Source: Wujia sp. (lineage in GTDB: Bacteria > Bacillota > Clostridia > Lachnospirales > Lachnospiraceae). From it: a stretch of 64,000 nt of DNA. The stretch is taken from NCBI GenBank assembly GCA_051877775.1, contig JBJEJF010000008.1, forward strand, positions 27,408 through 91,407, read 5' to 3'. Below the pieces are notes generated by a model, which made no database searches, was not told the DNA's origin, and saw nothing but the letters and a program-made list of their open reading frames with translations. The translations under genes were made by a program, and so were the position numbers. Shown piece after piece: positions 49,660-60,392 of this stretch (the stretch's first letter is position 1; the number at the start of each line of letters is the position of its first letter).

Positions 49660-49831
49660 TGTAATATATAACGTCGCGTACCCGCTCCGTGTTGTTTCGC
49701 ATTATGCCGAACCATGTAAACATGGTCGGCGCAATGCTCATTTGTCAAACTAATTAAATTCTAATTAATTTTAATGCAGGTCATAAGGAATCCTCCCACT
49801 TCGTGGGCCCTTCCTTATGACAGACGATTCA

Positions 49832-52468
49832 CTACATTTCTGCAATAGCAGCCTGTGCAGCAGCAAGTCTTGCAATAGGTACACGATATGGTGAACATGA
49901 TACATAATCAAGACCAATCTTGTGGCAGAACTCAACAGATGAAGGATCTCCACCGTGCTCACCACAGATACCAACATGGAGCTTTGGATTAACCGGCTTA
50001 CCAAGCTTGATAGCCATATCCATAAGCTTACCAACACCTGTCTGATCAAGCTTAGCAAATGGATCATTCTCGAAGATCTTTGTATCATAGTAAGCATCTA
50101 AGAACTTACCAGCGTCATCTCTTGAGAATCCAAATGTCATCTGAGTCAGGTCATTTGTACCGAAGCAGAAGAAGTCAGCTTCCTTAGCAATCTCATCAGC
50201 TGTAAGAGCTGCTCTAGGGATCTCGATCATTGTACCAACCTCATACTCAAGCTCTACGCCTGCAGCAGCGATCTCAGCATCAGCTGTCTCAACAACTACC
50301 TTCTTAACGTACTTAAGCTCCTTAACCTCACATACAAGTGGGATCATGATCTCAGGCTTTACACTCCAATCCGGATGAGCCTGCTTAACCTCGATTGCTG
50401 CACGGATAACAGCCTTTGTCTGCATCTTTGCAATCTCAGGATATGTTACAGCAAGACGGCATCCTCTGTGACCCATCATTGGGTTGAACTCATGGAGACC
50501 AGCGATGATAGTCTTGATCTGCTCAACAGTCTTGCCCTGTGCATCTGCAAGTTTCTTAATATCTTCTTCCTCAGTTGGAACAAACTCATGAAGAGGTGGA
50601 TCCAGGAATCTGATGGTAACAGGGTTTCCTTCCAGAGCCTCATAGAGAGCCTTGAAGTCACTCTGCTGATATGGAAGAATCTTCTCAAGTGCAGCTTCTC
50701 TCTCCTCTACTGTATCAGCACAGATCATCTCACGGAAAGCAGCAATTCTGTCTTCTTCGAAGAACATATGCTCTGTACGGCAGAGACCGATACCTTCAGC
50801 ACCAAGCTCACGAGCCTTCTTAGCATCTGCCGGTGTATCAGCATTTGTACGAACCTTAAGTGTTCTGTACTTGTCAGCCCAAGCCATAACACGTCCAAAC
50901 TCACCAGCGATCGTAGCATCAACAGTTGGGATAATTCCATCATAAATATTACCTGTTGTACCATCGATTGAAATGAAGTCACCCTCAACAAATGTCTTAC
51001 CTGCAAGTGTAAACTTCTTGTTCTCCTCATCCATAGCGATATCGCCACAACCAGATACACAACATGTACCCATACCACGTGCAACTACGGCAGCGTGAGA
51101 TGTCATACCACCACGAACTGTCAGGATACCCTGAGCAGACTTCATACCTGTGATATCCTCTGGTGATGTCTCAAGTCTTACAAGAACGACTTTCTCACCC
51201 TTTGCAGCCCATTCAACAGCATCATCTGCTGTAAATACAACCTTACCGCAAGCAGCTCCCGGAGAAGCACCAAGTCCTTTACCGATTGGTGTAGCAGCCT
51301 TGAGTGCAGCAGCATCAAACTGTGGATGAAGAAGTGTATCAAGGTTACGAGGATCGATCATAGCAACTGCCTCAGCCTCTGTCTTATGTCCCTCATCAAC
51401 CAGATCACATGCGATCTTAAGAGCAGCCTGAGCTGTTCTCTTACCATTACGGCACTGAAGCATATAGAGCTTCTTGTTCTCTACTGTGAACTCCATATCC
51501 TGCATGTCATGGTAGTGATTCTCAAGTGTCTCACAAACCTTGATGAACTCTGCGTATGCCTCTGGGAATTCCTTCTCCATCTGAGCGATTGGCATTGGTG
51601 TACGAACACCGGCAACAACGTCCTCACCCTGTGCATTGATAAGGAACTCACCCATAAGCTTCTTCTCGCCTGTTGCAGGATCACGAGTAAATGCAACACC
51701 TGTACCAGACTCATTATTTAAGTTACCAAATACCATAGGCATTACGTTAACAGCTGTACCCCATGAATAAGGGATATCATTATCTCTTCTGTATACGTTA
51801 GCTCTTGGGTTATCCCATGAACGGAATACTGCCTCGATAGCGAGCTTTAACTGCTCTACAGGATCTGAAGGGAAATCAGTGCCTAACTGATTCTTGTACT
51901 CAGCCTTGAACTGCTCAGCCAGAGTCTTAAGATCAGCTGCTGTAAGCTCAACATCATACTTAACACCCTTCTCTTCTTTCATCTTGTCGATAAGCTGCTC
52001 AAAGTACTTCTTACCAACTTCCATAACAACGTCTGAGAACATCTGAATGAAACGTCTATATGAGTCATATACGAAACGCTCGAATGCTGGATCTGGATTA
52101 CCAGCGATCATAGCTGCAACTACTTCATCATTAAGACCAAGATTAAGGATTGTATCCATCATACCAGGCATAGATGCTCTGGCACCGGAACGTACAGAAA
52201 CAAGTAATGGATTCTTAAGATCGCCGAACTTCTTGCCATTGATCTCCTCCATCTTTTTAACACCTTCCATAGCCTGAGCCATGATCTCATCGTTAATCTT
52301 ACGACCATCCTCATAGTACTGTGTACAAGCTTCTGTTGTAATAGTGAATCCCTGTGGAACAGGAAGACCGATGCTTGTCATTTCTGCAAGGTTGGCACCC
52401 TTACCACCAAGAAGATTACGCATGGTCATGTCGCCTTCGCTGAACATATAAACCCACTTGTTTGCCAT
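49832..52468 (-). CDS. ppdK: Pyruvate, phosphate dikinase
   Basis: LGGKGANL, VSVRSGA, GGMTSHAAVVAR, GLCRTEHMF, FGTNDL, GICGEHGG. Codon usage looks typical of highly expressed genes. Confidence 0.98.
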   Translation of the reverse strand: MANKWVYMFSEGDMTMRNLLGGKGANLAEMTSIGLPVPQGFTITTEACTQYYEDGRKINDEIMAQAMEGVKKMEEINGKKFGDLKNPLLVSVRSGARASMPGMMDTILNLGLNDEVVAAMIAGNPDPAFERFVYDSYRRFIQMFSDVVMEVGKKYFEQLIDKMKEEKGVKYDVELTAADLKTLAEQFKAEYKNQLGTDFPSDPVEQLKLAIEAVFRSWDNPRANVYRRDNDIPYSWGTAVNVMPMVFGNLNNESGTGVAFTRDPATGEKKLMGEFLINAQGEDVVAGVRTPMPIAQMEKEFPEAYAEFIKVCETLENHYHDMQDMEFTVENKKLYMLQCRNGKRTAQAALKIACDLVDEGHKTEAEAVAMIDPRNLDTLLHPQFDAAALKAATPIGKGLGASPGAACGKVVFTADDAVEWAAKGEKVVLVRLETSPEDITGMKSAQGILTVRGGMTSHAAVVARGMGTCCVSGCGDIAMDEENKKFTLAGKTFVEGDFISIDGTTGNIYDGIIPTVDATIAGEFGRVMAWADKYRTLKVRTNADTPADAKKARELGAEGIGLCRTEHMFFEEDRIAAFREMICADTVEEREAALEKILPYQQSDFKALYEALEGNPVTIRFLDPPLHEFVPTEEEDIKKLADAQGKTVEQIKTIIAGLHEFNPMMGHRGCRLAVTYPEIAKMQTKAVIRAAIEVKQAHPDWSVKPEIMIPLVCEVKELKYVKKVVVETADAEIAAAGVELEYEVGTMIEIPRAALTADEIAKEADFFCFGTNDLTQMTFGFSRDDAGKFLDAYYDTKIFENDPFAKLDQTGVGKLMDMAIKLGKPVNPKLHVGICGEHGGDPSSVEFCHKIGLDYVSCSPYRVPIARLAAAQAAIAEM

Positions 52469-52775
52469 TTGTCATATACCTCCTAAGTAATGTATTTTTC
52501 TGCGACAGCAGACTATGGCAAGTCCCCATCACACTGTGTTAAATTATATCATAAATATGACAAATGATAAACAGCTTTTTTTATTTTTTTGGTAAATTAT
52601 ACACAAATTTAATTATCCATTCTGTTTTAGATATTATTATCCTGTTTAATAATACGGAAAAACCGCATATTTTAATTTTACTTGCAATTTTTTAGATGAT
52701 TTTACTATTTTTTATTGTAATTTTTAGCATTTTTGATAAAATAATCTTATGACTATATTAGGGGGGATATCTGAT

Positions 52776-53552
52776 ATGAAAATACAGGATTTTTTTGATA
52801 TCAAGCAATTAGATAGCATCATGTCTGACTGGTCTATGGCTACGGGACTTGCAACAATTGCCGTAGATAAGGATGGCAATTATATCTCCGGCGAGATCGG
52901 ATTTACAGACTTCTGCATGAAGTACACCCGGGGGTCCAAAGAGGGTTGCCGCCGTTGTATCCAGAATGACAACACCGGTAAAGGTACATATTATTGCCAT
53001 GCAGGTCTTATGGACTTCTCTGTTGATATTGTTGTAGAAGGTGAAATTCTCGGCAAGATCATAGGCGGTCAGGTACTTCCAAATGAACCTGACGAAGATA
53101 AGTTCCGCAAGCTTGCCGTGGAACTTGGTATCAATCCTGATGAGTACATAAATGCACTCCGCAAGGTTCCGATCAAATCTGAGGAAAGCATCCGTGCTTC
53201 CGCTGATCTGCTTGGAAAACTTATCAACATGATCGTCAATCTTGAATACCAGAAATACAAGAGCAATCAGCTGATCACGATTATGTCTGACGATATCAAT
53301 AATGCCGTGGATCTGATAACGGATATACATAATAAATCATCTGAGCTTGATAAGATTGAGAGCAAGCAGAGGATACTCTCTCTCAACGCTTCCATCGAAG
53401 CTGCCAGAGCAGGCGAATCGGGACGTGGCTTCAATGTCGTGGCAACAGAGGTAGGAAAGCTTGCCGCCAGCTCCAGTGATATCAACAAATCTATCAAGTC
53501 ATCTATCAATGAGCTGCACGATGTCATCCGGCATCTGGACTCCAGCAGATAA
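52776..53552 (+). CDS. Soluble chemoreceptor-like protein: PocR sensor + short MCP signalling hairpin
   Basis: FTDFC..C..YYCHAGL..GGQV (PocR). [30 protein letters not shown] (MCP tip). Confidence 0.88.
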   Translation: MKIQDFFDIKQLDSIMSDWSMATGLATIAVDKDGNYISGEIGFTDFCMKYTRGSKEGCRRCIQNDNTGKGTYYCHAGLMDFSVDIVVEGEILGKIIGGQVLPNEPDEDKFRKLAVELGINPDEYINALRKVPIKSEESIRASADLLGKLINMIVNLEYQKYKSNQLITIMSDDINNAVDLITDIHNKSSELDKIESKQRILSLNASIEAARAGESGRGFNVVATEVGKLAASSSDINKSIKSSINELHDVIRHLDSSR

Positions 53553-53576
53553 TAAGTATTAGGTTTCAGTAATAGA

Positions 53577-53611
53577 GAACCGGGTTCCGTAAAATACAGA
53601 ACCCGGTTTTT
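53577..53611. terminator. Terminator between convergent genes
   Basis: AACCGGGTTC...GAACCCGGTT followed by a T tract. Confidence 0.8.
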
Positions 53612-53616
53612 ATTAC

Positions 53617-54933
53617 TTATATATTTTCTTTTTTCTCCATAGTAATAAAATTATTATATATTTCTTCTACCTTATCGCGATTCCTGATGAATATCTCTGC
53701 AATGACAGGATCAAAATCTGTTCCGCTTCCACGCCTTATGATCTCAAAAGACTGATCCAGACTCATAGCATCCCTGTAACATCTGTTCTGAGATACCGCA
53801 TCAAATACATCAGCTACAGCCATAATGCGCGCACATAACGGAATGTCAGTTCCGGATAATTGCTCCGGATATCCTCTCCCATTCCATTTTTCATGATGGT
53901 AAAGCGCTACTTCATGTGCAATGGCAATATATTGCTCATCCCCCAGATTTTTCATGGATGTATCGATCAATGCCGCCCCTGTGACGGTATGTTTTTTCAT
54001 CTGTTCATACTCATCATCCGTCAGCTTTCCGGGTTTTTGCAATATAGCATCCGGTACGGATATCTTACCAACATCGTGCATCGGCGCAGCCTTGATCAGG
54101 CAATCTACATAATCCTTTGTCAGAATATTCGTATAATCGCCATTGTTTATCAATTCACGGACAATAAGTTCAACATATCTGGTCGTTCTCTTTACATGTC
54201 CACCTGTACTTCCATCCCTGCTCTCGATCATATTGGCAAAAGAATAGACAACCTCCGTATGGAAATTATTAAGCTCCTGATTCGCTGCATTCTCCATATG
54301 AATATAGATTGCAAGGATCATCATTGTGAATGAAAGACTTGTTATCAGTATCTCCGGATATATCATCTGGATCAGCAATGTGACAGAAACAACAGGGAGA
54401 CAAAGGCCAAGTACTAATCTCTTATTTTTCTGTAAGTACTTCCATTTTCTAAAAAACAGCACAATGGATATGAGCACATAACTGACAACAATAATATAAC
54501 AGGTATATACCGGCAATCCCATGGAATAATTCGTATATTGTCCTATACGGTATTCAAGCGAGCCCATTCCGAACAACAGGATCAGCATACACAATACAAA
54601 TGGCGCATATACCAGTATCAACCCCAGTCTAGTCTTAGGTTTCGCACCGGTAATGTGCAAAATATATTCAAATATTACTAAAACCATATAATCCAGCGAC
54701 CACAGGAAACCCAGATGGCAGAGCATATTAATCCCATCCGGAACCGTATCCAGGTGATTAACTGTATACTCTGAAAGTACATCAAATACCAGATAAATGA
54801 TTCCCGTGATCAGAAGCCTGTCAAATATACGAATATGATGCGTTTTGTTCTTAATATGTCTGTCATAAAAATAAATCACCGAGATATAAAGAACAATTAT
54901 AAGGCATGATATCGGAAGTTTAAATAACATCAT
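53617..54933 (-). CDS. Membrane HD-GYP c-di-GMP phosphodiesterase
   Basis: About 7 TM segments, then RDGSTGGHVKR, MHDVGK, HHEKWNGRGYP, VADVFDA. Confidence 0.92.
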   Translation of the reverse strand: MMLFKLPISCLIIVLYISVIYFYDRHIKNKTHHIRIFDRLLITGIIYLVFDVLSEYTVNHLDTVPDGINMLCHLGFLWSLDYMVLVIFEYILHITGAKPKTRLGLILVYAPFVLCMLILLFGMGSLEYRIGQYTNYSMGLPVYTCYIIVVSYVLISIVLFFRKWKYLQKNKRLVLGLCLPVVSVTLLIQMIYPEILITSLSFTMMILAIYIHMENAANQELNNFHTEVVYSFANMIESRDGSTGGHVKRTTRYVELIVRELINNGDYTNILTKDYVDCLIKAAPMHDVGKISVPDAILQKPGKLTDDEYEQMKKHTVTGAALIDTSMKNLGDEQYIAIAHEVALYHHEKWNGRGYPEQLSGTDIPLCARIMAVADVFDAVSQNRCYRDAMSLDQSFEIIRRGSGTDFDPVIAEIFIRNRDKVEEIYNNFITMEKKENI

Positions 54934-54946
54934 CTTTTATCTTTCT

Positions 54947-56335
54947 CTAAAAATACAACTTTTTATCAAAATAATCTTTCAAGTCTTCTATCTTGATTCT
55001 CTCCTGCTCCATAGTATCACGGTCACGGACTGTAACAGCTCCGTCAGTCTCGGAATCAAAATCATAAGTAACACAGAATGGTGTACCGATCTCATCCTGT
55101 CTTCTGTAGCGCTTACCAATATTGCCTCTGTCGTCAAACTCACAGTTATAATATTTTGACAACTCAGCATATACTTTTTCTGCGCCCTCATTCAGCTTTT
55201 TAGACAAAGGAAGCACACCAACCTTGACAGGTGCAAGTGCCGGATGGAAATGAAGCACAGTTCTGGTATCTCCACCCTCAAGTTCCTCCTCATCATATGC
55301 AGAACAGAGGAAAGCAAGTGTCACACGGTCTGCACCAAGAGATGGCTCTATAACATAAGGAACATATTTGATCTTCTTCTCATCATCAAAATAATCCATA
55401 GGTTCCTTGGAAGTATTCTGATGCTGTGTCAGGTCATAATCAGTTCTGTCTGCAATACCCCAGAGCTCACCCCAGCCAAACGGGAAGAGGAACTCAATAT
55501 CCGTGGTAGCCTTACTGTAAAATGCAAGCTCTGCCGGATCATGGTCACGATAACGCATCTCATCCTCCTTGATGCCCAGCTCTTTCAGCCAGTTAATGCA
55601 GAAATCCTTCCAGTATTTGAACCATTCAAGATCAGTATCCGGCTCACAGAAGAACTCAAGCTCCATCTGCTCGAACTCTCTCGTACGGAATGTAAAGTTA
55701 CCCGGTGTGATCTCATTTCTAAATGACTTACCAATCTGGCCGATACCAAATGGTATCTTCTTTCTTGATGTTCTCTGTACATTCTTGAAATTGACAAAGA
55801 TACCCTGCGCAGTCTCCGGTCTAAGATAAAGTGTTGCCGCAGAATCCTCTGTAACACCCTGAAAAGTCTTGAACATCAGATTGAATTCTCTGATATCAGT
55901 AAAGTTGTGCTTACCGCAGCTTGGACAGCAGATGTGCTTCTCTTCTATATAATCAGCCATCTGGTTTTTGGTCCATCCATCAACGCTGCCTTCTATCTCA
56001 ATGCCGTTATCATGCATATAATCTTCGATAACTTTATCTGCCCTGAATCTCTCATGACATTCCTTGCAATCCATAAGAGGATCTGAGAAACCACCCACAT
56101 GTCCTGAAGCGACCCATGTCTGCGGATTCATCAGGATAGCGCAATCCACACCCACATTATACGGATTTTCCTGAATAAATTTCTTCCACCAGGCTTTTTT
56201 TACGTTATTCTTGAACTCTACACCAAGATTTCCATAATCCCATGTATTGGCCAGTCCTCCATAGATCTCTGAACCAGGATAAATAAATCCCCTTGATTTT
56301 GCAAGTGCAACAATTTTCTCCATTGTCTTTTCCAT
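54947..56335 (-). CDS. glyQS: Glycine--tRNA ligase (homodimeric type)
   Basis: [44 protein letters not shown]. Confidence 0.97.
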   Translation of the reverse strand: MEKTMEKIVALAKSRGFIYPGSEIYGGLANTWDYGNLGVEFKNNVKKAWWKKFIQENPYNVGVDCAILMNPQTWVASGHVGGFSDPLMDCKECHERFRADKVIEDYMHDNGIEIEGSVDGWTKNQMADYIEEKHICCPSCGKHNFTDIREFNLMFKTFQGVTEDSAATLYLRPETAQGIFVNFKNVQRTSRKKIPFGIGQIGKSFRNEITPGNFTFRTREFEQMELEFFCEPDTDLEWFKYWKDFCINWLKELGIKEDEMRYRDHDPAELAFYSKATTDIEFLFPFGWGELWGIADRTDYDLTQHQNTSKEPMDYFDDEKKIKYVPYVIEPSLGADRVTLAFLCSAYDEEELEGGDTRTVLHFHPALAPVKVGVLPLSKKLNEGAEKVYAELSKYYNCEFDDRGNIGKRYRRQDEIGTPFCVTYDFDSETDGAVTVRDRDTMEQERIKIEDLKDYFDKKLYF

Positions 56336-56420
56336 TGTATTATCAACCTCACTTCCTCCCATACCGGTGTGTACAGGATTATATAAAACAGTAACATTTT
56401 ACATATATTCTGCCAATATT

Positions 56421-57161
56421 TCAAGCCAAAGACGAAAGAATTTCCAAAGATTTAAAATTCCTGTCAACATACTGCTGCCTGAAACACGTTTCTATATCAT
56501 CAAGCTCATGCAAAGCTTCCTCTGTAAGTGTAAAACTATATAATTGCCTGATTGGTGAAGACAGGATATATTGCAGTGTATAGATCAACGTATCCGATAC
56601 CTTTCTTGTGATCTTTTTTCCTGCAGCACAGGACGGACATAACAGACCTCCCTGAACAGCATCAAAGTAAGAAACCTCTGTACGGTTACATTTTACACAG
56701 CTTCCCGCATGTATACCCTGCCCTTCCATATCCATCAGCCGTATCTCATATATGTTGCGAATCAGAGCACATGGTATTTTCCCCTGCACAAGGGTCTTTA
56801 AGGTAAGGTACAGGAGATTCAGATGGTTTGTACAGAAATCTCCCTCTCTGGTGTAATAAGACATAAATTCACAAAAATATGAAGCATAGCACATTTTCTC
56901 CATATCATATGCAATCTCGGAAAAATATTCATCGACATCCGCCTTGACAAGATTATATGCATCCCTTCCGGCGATCACAGTAAATCTGCCCATAACGAAG
57001 CTCTGGCTTGCTGCCCTTAACGTACTGTTTGGGCGCCTCGCTCCGTTTGCAAAAACAGTTATCTTCCCTCGTTCTCTGGTCAGGACGACCAGTCTCTTAT
57101 CGTACTCACCTACAAGTGCTGTATATAAAATTATACCTGTCACTACCTGTTCTTCTTTCAT
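56421..57161 (-). CDS. recO: DNA repair protein RecO
   Basis: GEYDKRLVVLTRERGKI..GARR and a CxxC..CxxC zinc finger. Start MKEEQ at 57161. Confidence 0.93.
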   Translation of the reverse strand: MKEEQVVTGIILYTALVGEYDKRLVVLTRERGKITVFANGARRPNSTLRAASQSFVMGRFTVIAGRDAYNLVKADVDEYFSEIAYDMEKMCYASYFCEFMSYYTREGDFCTNHLNLLYLTLKTLVQGKIPCALIRNIYEIRLMDMEGQGIHAGSCVKCNRTEVSYFDAVQGGLLCPSCAAGKKITRKVSDTLIYTLQYILSSPIRQLYSFTLTEEALHELDDIETCFRQQYVDRNFKSLEILSSLA

Positions 57162-57193
57162 AACAGTTTCTCCACCATCCAATGAAGCTATTA

Positions 57194-58735
57194 TCAACCG
57201 CGATATCTGCTCAAATGTGCCCGCACTGCAAGAAGTATTATCACGGCAAATATTATCACAACAAATACCCACACTCCTACTGGAACTTCTGTAATATTGT
57301 AACAGCGCACATTGATCCACATCTGATTGATTGCTTTGTTTGCATCATCATCAAAGTATTGCATGATAGCACTTCTCTGTAATACCTCTTCTGTCGGATA
57401 CTGTGCATATAACTGTCTCCTGATCTGGTCTGCAGACGCTGTGATCATATAGTCTTCATCTGAATTATCCCCACAGAAGAAGAAACCAACCGGATACTGT
57501 ATCGTATCTTCCTCATCTTCCTCCGCACCATAACACCAATCCACATATTGAAAGACAGTATCATCAGCGCCACCGGATATAACAGATGTGTATCCGATAT
57601 AGTACATATTTCTTACAACATTATCCGGTCGGGACAGATAATTAACAAAAGCCTCTGCCGCCTGCTGCTTTGCAGGATCATCCCCAATTCCATTCTTCAA
57701 CATGACCCATCCATCAAACCAGAGATTCGTACACTCCTCAGGCACCGCAAAATCCAGATAAAAATCATCCTCCTCCGCCTGATCCATAGCATACACCGCA
57801 TCTCCGGACCACTGATAATTAGCCAGCACTTTACCGCTGACCATATCGGCCTTACCGCTGTCTGTCTCAAAAGAATATACATTATCCTGCATATCCTGTA
57901 GCAGTTTTTCAACCTGGTCTATGGTCTCCGGAGATACATCATTCATTATATCAGTCAGCTTCTGTCTATAATCTGATGCTCCAATAAGTTCCTCATCCAG
58001 AAGCATATCGGCCCGAAGTTCACCCAGTGCGGCAAAATAAGAATCTCTCACATTATCTTTGATCGTGATCTGCCTTGCAAATTTCGGATTATTAAAAACG
58101 GACCATGTTCCTGCCTCTTCCTCCGTCATTTTCTCCGGATTGTACAGCACACCGGTCACGCCCCACATATATCCGACCGCATATTTACTCCAGCTCTCAC
58201 CATTAATCTTGTTTTCATCAAAGTTATCTCTGATAAAATCAGACACACCCCGGGCATAATAATTATATTCCTTCTCCGTATCGTAAAATTCATCCGAAAA
58301 AGGCTGAAGCTGTTTTTCTGCCATCAGCTTCATAATCATATAATCAGAAGGGCATACCAGATCATAGACATCTCCGAGTGTCAGCTGGTTATAGAGATCC
58401 TCATTTGTTCCAAAGCATGAATACTCAACACTTACCTTCTGTCCATATGTCTCATAATACCATGTCTCAAAATCATCTATCATGGAATTCTGACCGTAGA
58501 TCACAGTCCCGTCTTCAAGCTCGATCGCCTCGTCTTCATCCCAGTCACCAAGATCAATATATTCCTCCCAGTTGCAGACGCGGAGTGTGATGACATCACC
58601 ATTTTCCTTTGCACTGATCTGCGCCGTATCCTGCCCGAAGGAAGTTACATTGGCACACACAAGGCAAAAAACGAGAATACATGTCATGAATATTGCAGCA
58701 ACTGTTTTAAGTATCTTATCTTTATTATGTCTCAT
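57194..58735 (-). CDS. potD: Spermidine/putrescine-binding protein with C-terminal TM anchor
   Basis: CNWEEYID, TNEDLY, PSDYMI, YMWG, WSGDA, WFDGW. Hydrophobic C-terminal tail. Confidence 0.88.
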   Translation of the reverse strand: MRHNKDKILKTVAAIFMTCILVFCLVCANVTSFGQDTAQISAKENGDVITLRVCNWEEYIDLGDWDEDEAIELEDGTVIYGQNSMIDDFETWYYETYGQKVSVEYSCFGTNEDLYNQLTLGDVYDLVCPSDYMIMKLMAEKQLQPFSDEFYDTEKEYNYYARGVSDFIRDNFDENKINGESWSKYAVGYMWGVTGVLYNPEKMTEEEAGTWSVFNNPKFARQITIKDNVRDSYFAALGELRADMLLDEELIGASDYRQKLTDIMNDVSPETIDQVEKLLQDMQDNVYSFETDSGKADMVSGKVLANYQWSGDAVYAMDQAEEDDFYLDFAVPEECTNLWFDGWVMLKNGIGDDPAKQQAAEAFVNYLSRPDNVVRNMYYIGYTSVISGGADDTVFQYVDWCYGAEEDEEDTIQYPVGFFFCGDNSDEDYMITASADQIRRQLYAQYPTEEVLQRSAIMQYFDDDANKAINQMWINVRCYNITEVPVGVWVFVVIIFAVIILLAVRAHLSRYRG

Positions 58736-59557
58736 CTAGTTGCCACCTTCCTTCCCGCTCCGCTCCATGCTGTTTTTATCTTTGTTTTTTCCTGCCAGGT
58801 TCATAACTAAAGATATAAGAACGACCAGCACAAATATAATCGTCGAAAGTGCCCATAACGCCGTCTTGATCTCAGTATGTGATCCTTTTGTCGCATTGAC
58901 CACATATGTGCTTATCGTATCAAAGGTGGCAGGTTTTGTATAACTTGCGATAAAATAATCATCTAAAGACAGCGTGATTGCCAGTGCAAATCCGGACAAA
59001 ATACCAGGTGCAATCTGCGGAATTACTATCTTCCATAGTGCCTGTGCCGGAGATGCCCCCAGATCAAGGGCAGCTTCATATAAGCTGCTGTCCATCTGTT
59101 TTAATTTTGGCATAACAGCCAGATACACAAACGGAGCAGACAATACAACATGCCCCACAACAAGCGGTACATAAGTTTCCTTACTTATGCCACACACAAC
59201 GATCAGTAAAATACAGATTGAAAAACCTGTCACAACATCAGCATTTACGACAGGGACCTGGTTCATCGCACCGATAACACCGGCCGGCATTTTCTTGGAA
59301 TAAAATGCGCCAATACCTCCAAGTGTTCCCAGTACTGTGGCCAATACAGCAGAGGTGACAGCAAGCAAAACTGTCCCCCATATCATGCCCGACAATTCCG
59401 GTTTGGTAAACAGTGTTATATAATTCTGCAATGAAAATCCATGTATCGTACCAATATTGGCAGAATCAGTAAAGCTGTATACTGCAAGAACCAGTATCGG
59501 AAGATATAATACAACGATCATAATTCCGAGAAAAATATATCCGATTATTTTTTTCAT
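58736..59557 (-). CDS. potC: Polyamine ABC permease
   Basis: LYLPI, YEAALDLGA, SLDDY. Confidence 0.9.
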   Translation of the reverse strand: MKKIIGYIFLGIMIVVLYLPILVLAVYSFTDSANIGTIHGFSLQNYITLFTKPELSGMIWGTVLLAVTSAVLATVLGTLGGIGAFYSKKMPAGVIGAMNQVPVVNADVVTGFSICILLIVVCGISKETYVPLVVGHVVLSAPFVYLAVMPKLKQMDSSLYEAALDLGASPAQALWKIVIPQIAPGILSGFALAITLSLDDYFIASYTKPATFDTISTYVVNATKGSHTEIKTALWALSTIIFVLVVLISLVMNLAGKNKDKNSMERSGKEGGN

Positions 59558-60354
59558 TACAGTAATGCACCTCCTCTGCCTGACTCACCATCTGAATACC
59601 TGTTGGTGATCAGCGTGATGACCAGTATAATTGCAAGCAAAACAAGTGCTATCATAGAACCATTATGCCAATCATAAGCAGCAAAATAGCTTCCTATCAG
59701 ACTACCCATAATATATGTGCTGTTGTACAACATATCCAGAACAACATAATTCGTCATAGACGGCAGGAAAACCATGACAGCACCACTGATAATACCGGGA
59801 ACCGACAACGGCAATGTCACCTTCAGAAATGTCTGAATCGTTCCTGCCCCCAGATCATTTGCAGCCTCAAGCAGACTGGTGTCCAACTTCATTAATGTTG
59901 TATAAAGCGGCAATATCATAAACGGAAGAAAATCATATGTCATACCTATCACAGAATTAAGGAACGGATAATATGCCAGATTACCCTCTATAATCGTAAG
60001 GATCTCCTTCAATGCAGTAATTCTAAGTGTAAAATTAATCCACATCGGGATAACAAAAATCATCACTATAACATATTTATGTCTCATTTCACTTCTGGCC
60101 AATATATAGGATATCGGATATGCAATCAGCAGACATACACATGTAGTAACTACAGCAAGGGCAAAACTGTAAGCAAGCGTTCCTATCGTGTTGGGACTGG
60201 TAAAAAATCCGGTCAGATTCTCTATTGAAAATCTTCCCTCCCCGTTTGTAAACGCATAATAAATGATCACAACCAACGGCGCAACCACAAAACACAGCAA
60301 AAATAATGCATATGGGATACACAGTTGTTTCCTGGAAAAACGTAAACCACTCAT
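59557..60354 (-). CDS. potB: Polyamine ABC permease
   Basis: IPMWINF, LPFMILPLY, EAANDLGA. Confidence 0.9.
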   Translation of the reverse strand: MSGLRFSRKQLCIPYALFLLCFVVAPLVVIIYYAFTNGEGRFSIENLTGFFTSPNTIGTLAYSFALAVVTTCVCLLIAYPISYILARSEMRHKYVIVMIFVIPMWINFTLRITALKEILTIIEGNLAYYPFLNSVIGMTYDFLPFMILPLYTTLMKLDTSLLEAANDLGAGTIQTFLKVTLPLSVPGIISGAVMVFLPSMTNYVVLDMLYNSTYIMGSLIGSYFAAYDWHNGSMIALVLLAIILVITLITNRYSDGESGRGGALL

Positions 60355-60392
60355 CTCTTATCTCCTTCTCATATGTATTTTTGTAGCTTTCA

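Noticed and set aside
49672-49690. tRNA 3'-end remnant / att site (ACCCGCTCC)
   Set aside because: Only a ~9-bp resemblance, with no second copy and no integrase in the window.
49771-52277. Long alternative-frame and antisense ORFs within ppdK (similar ones occur in prfC, glyQS and potA)
   Set aside because: Expected shadows of biased codon usage, with no SD or protein motifs.
56336-56420. T-box leader upstream of glyQS
   Set aside because: The gap is only ~85 bp and has no T-box consensus or terminator.
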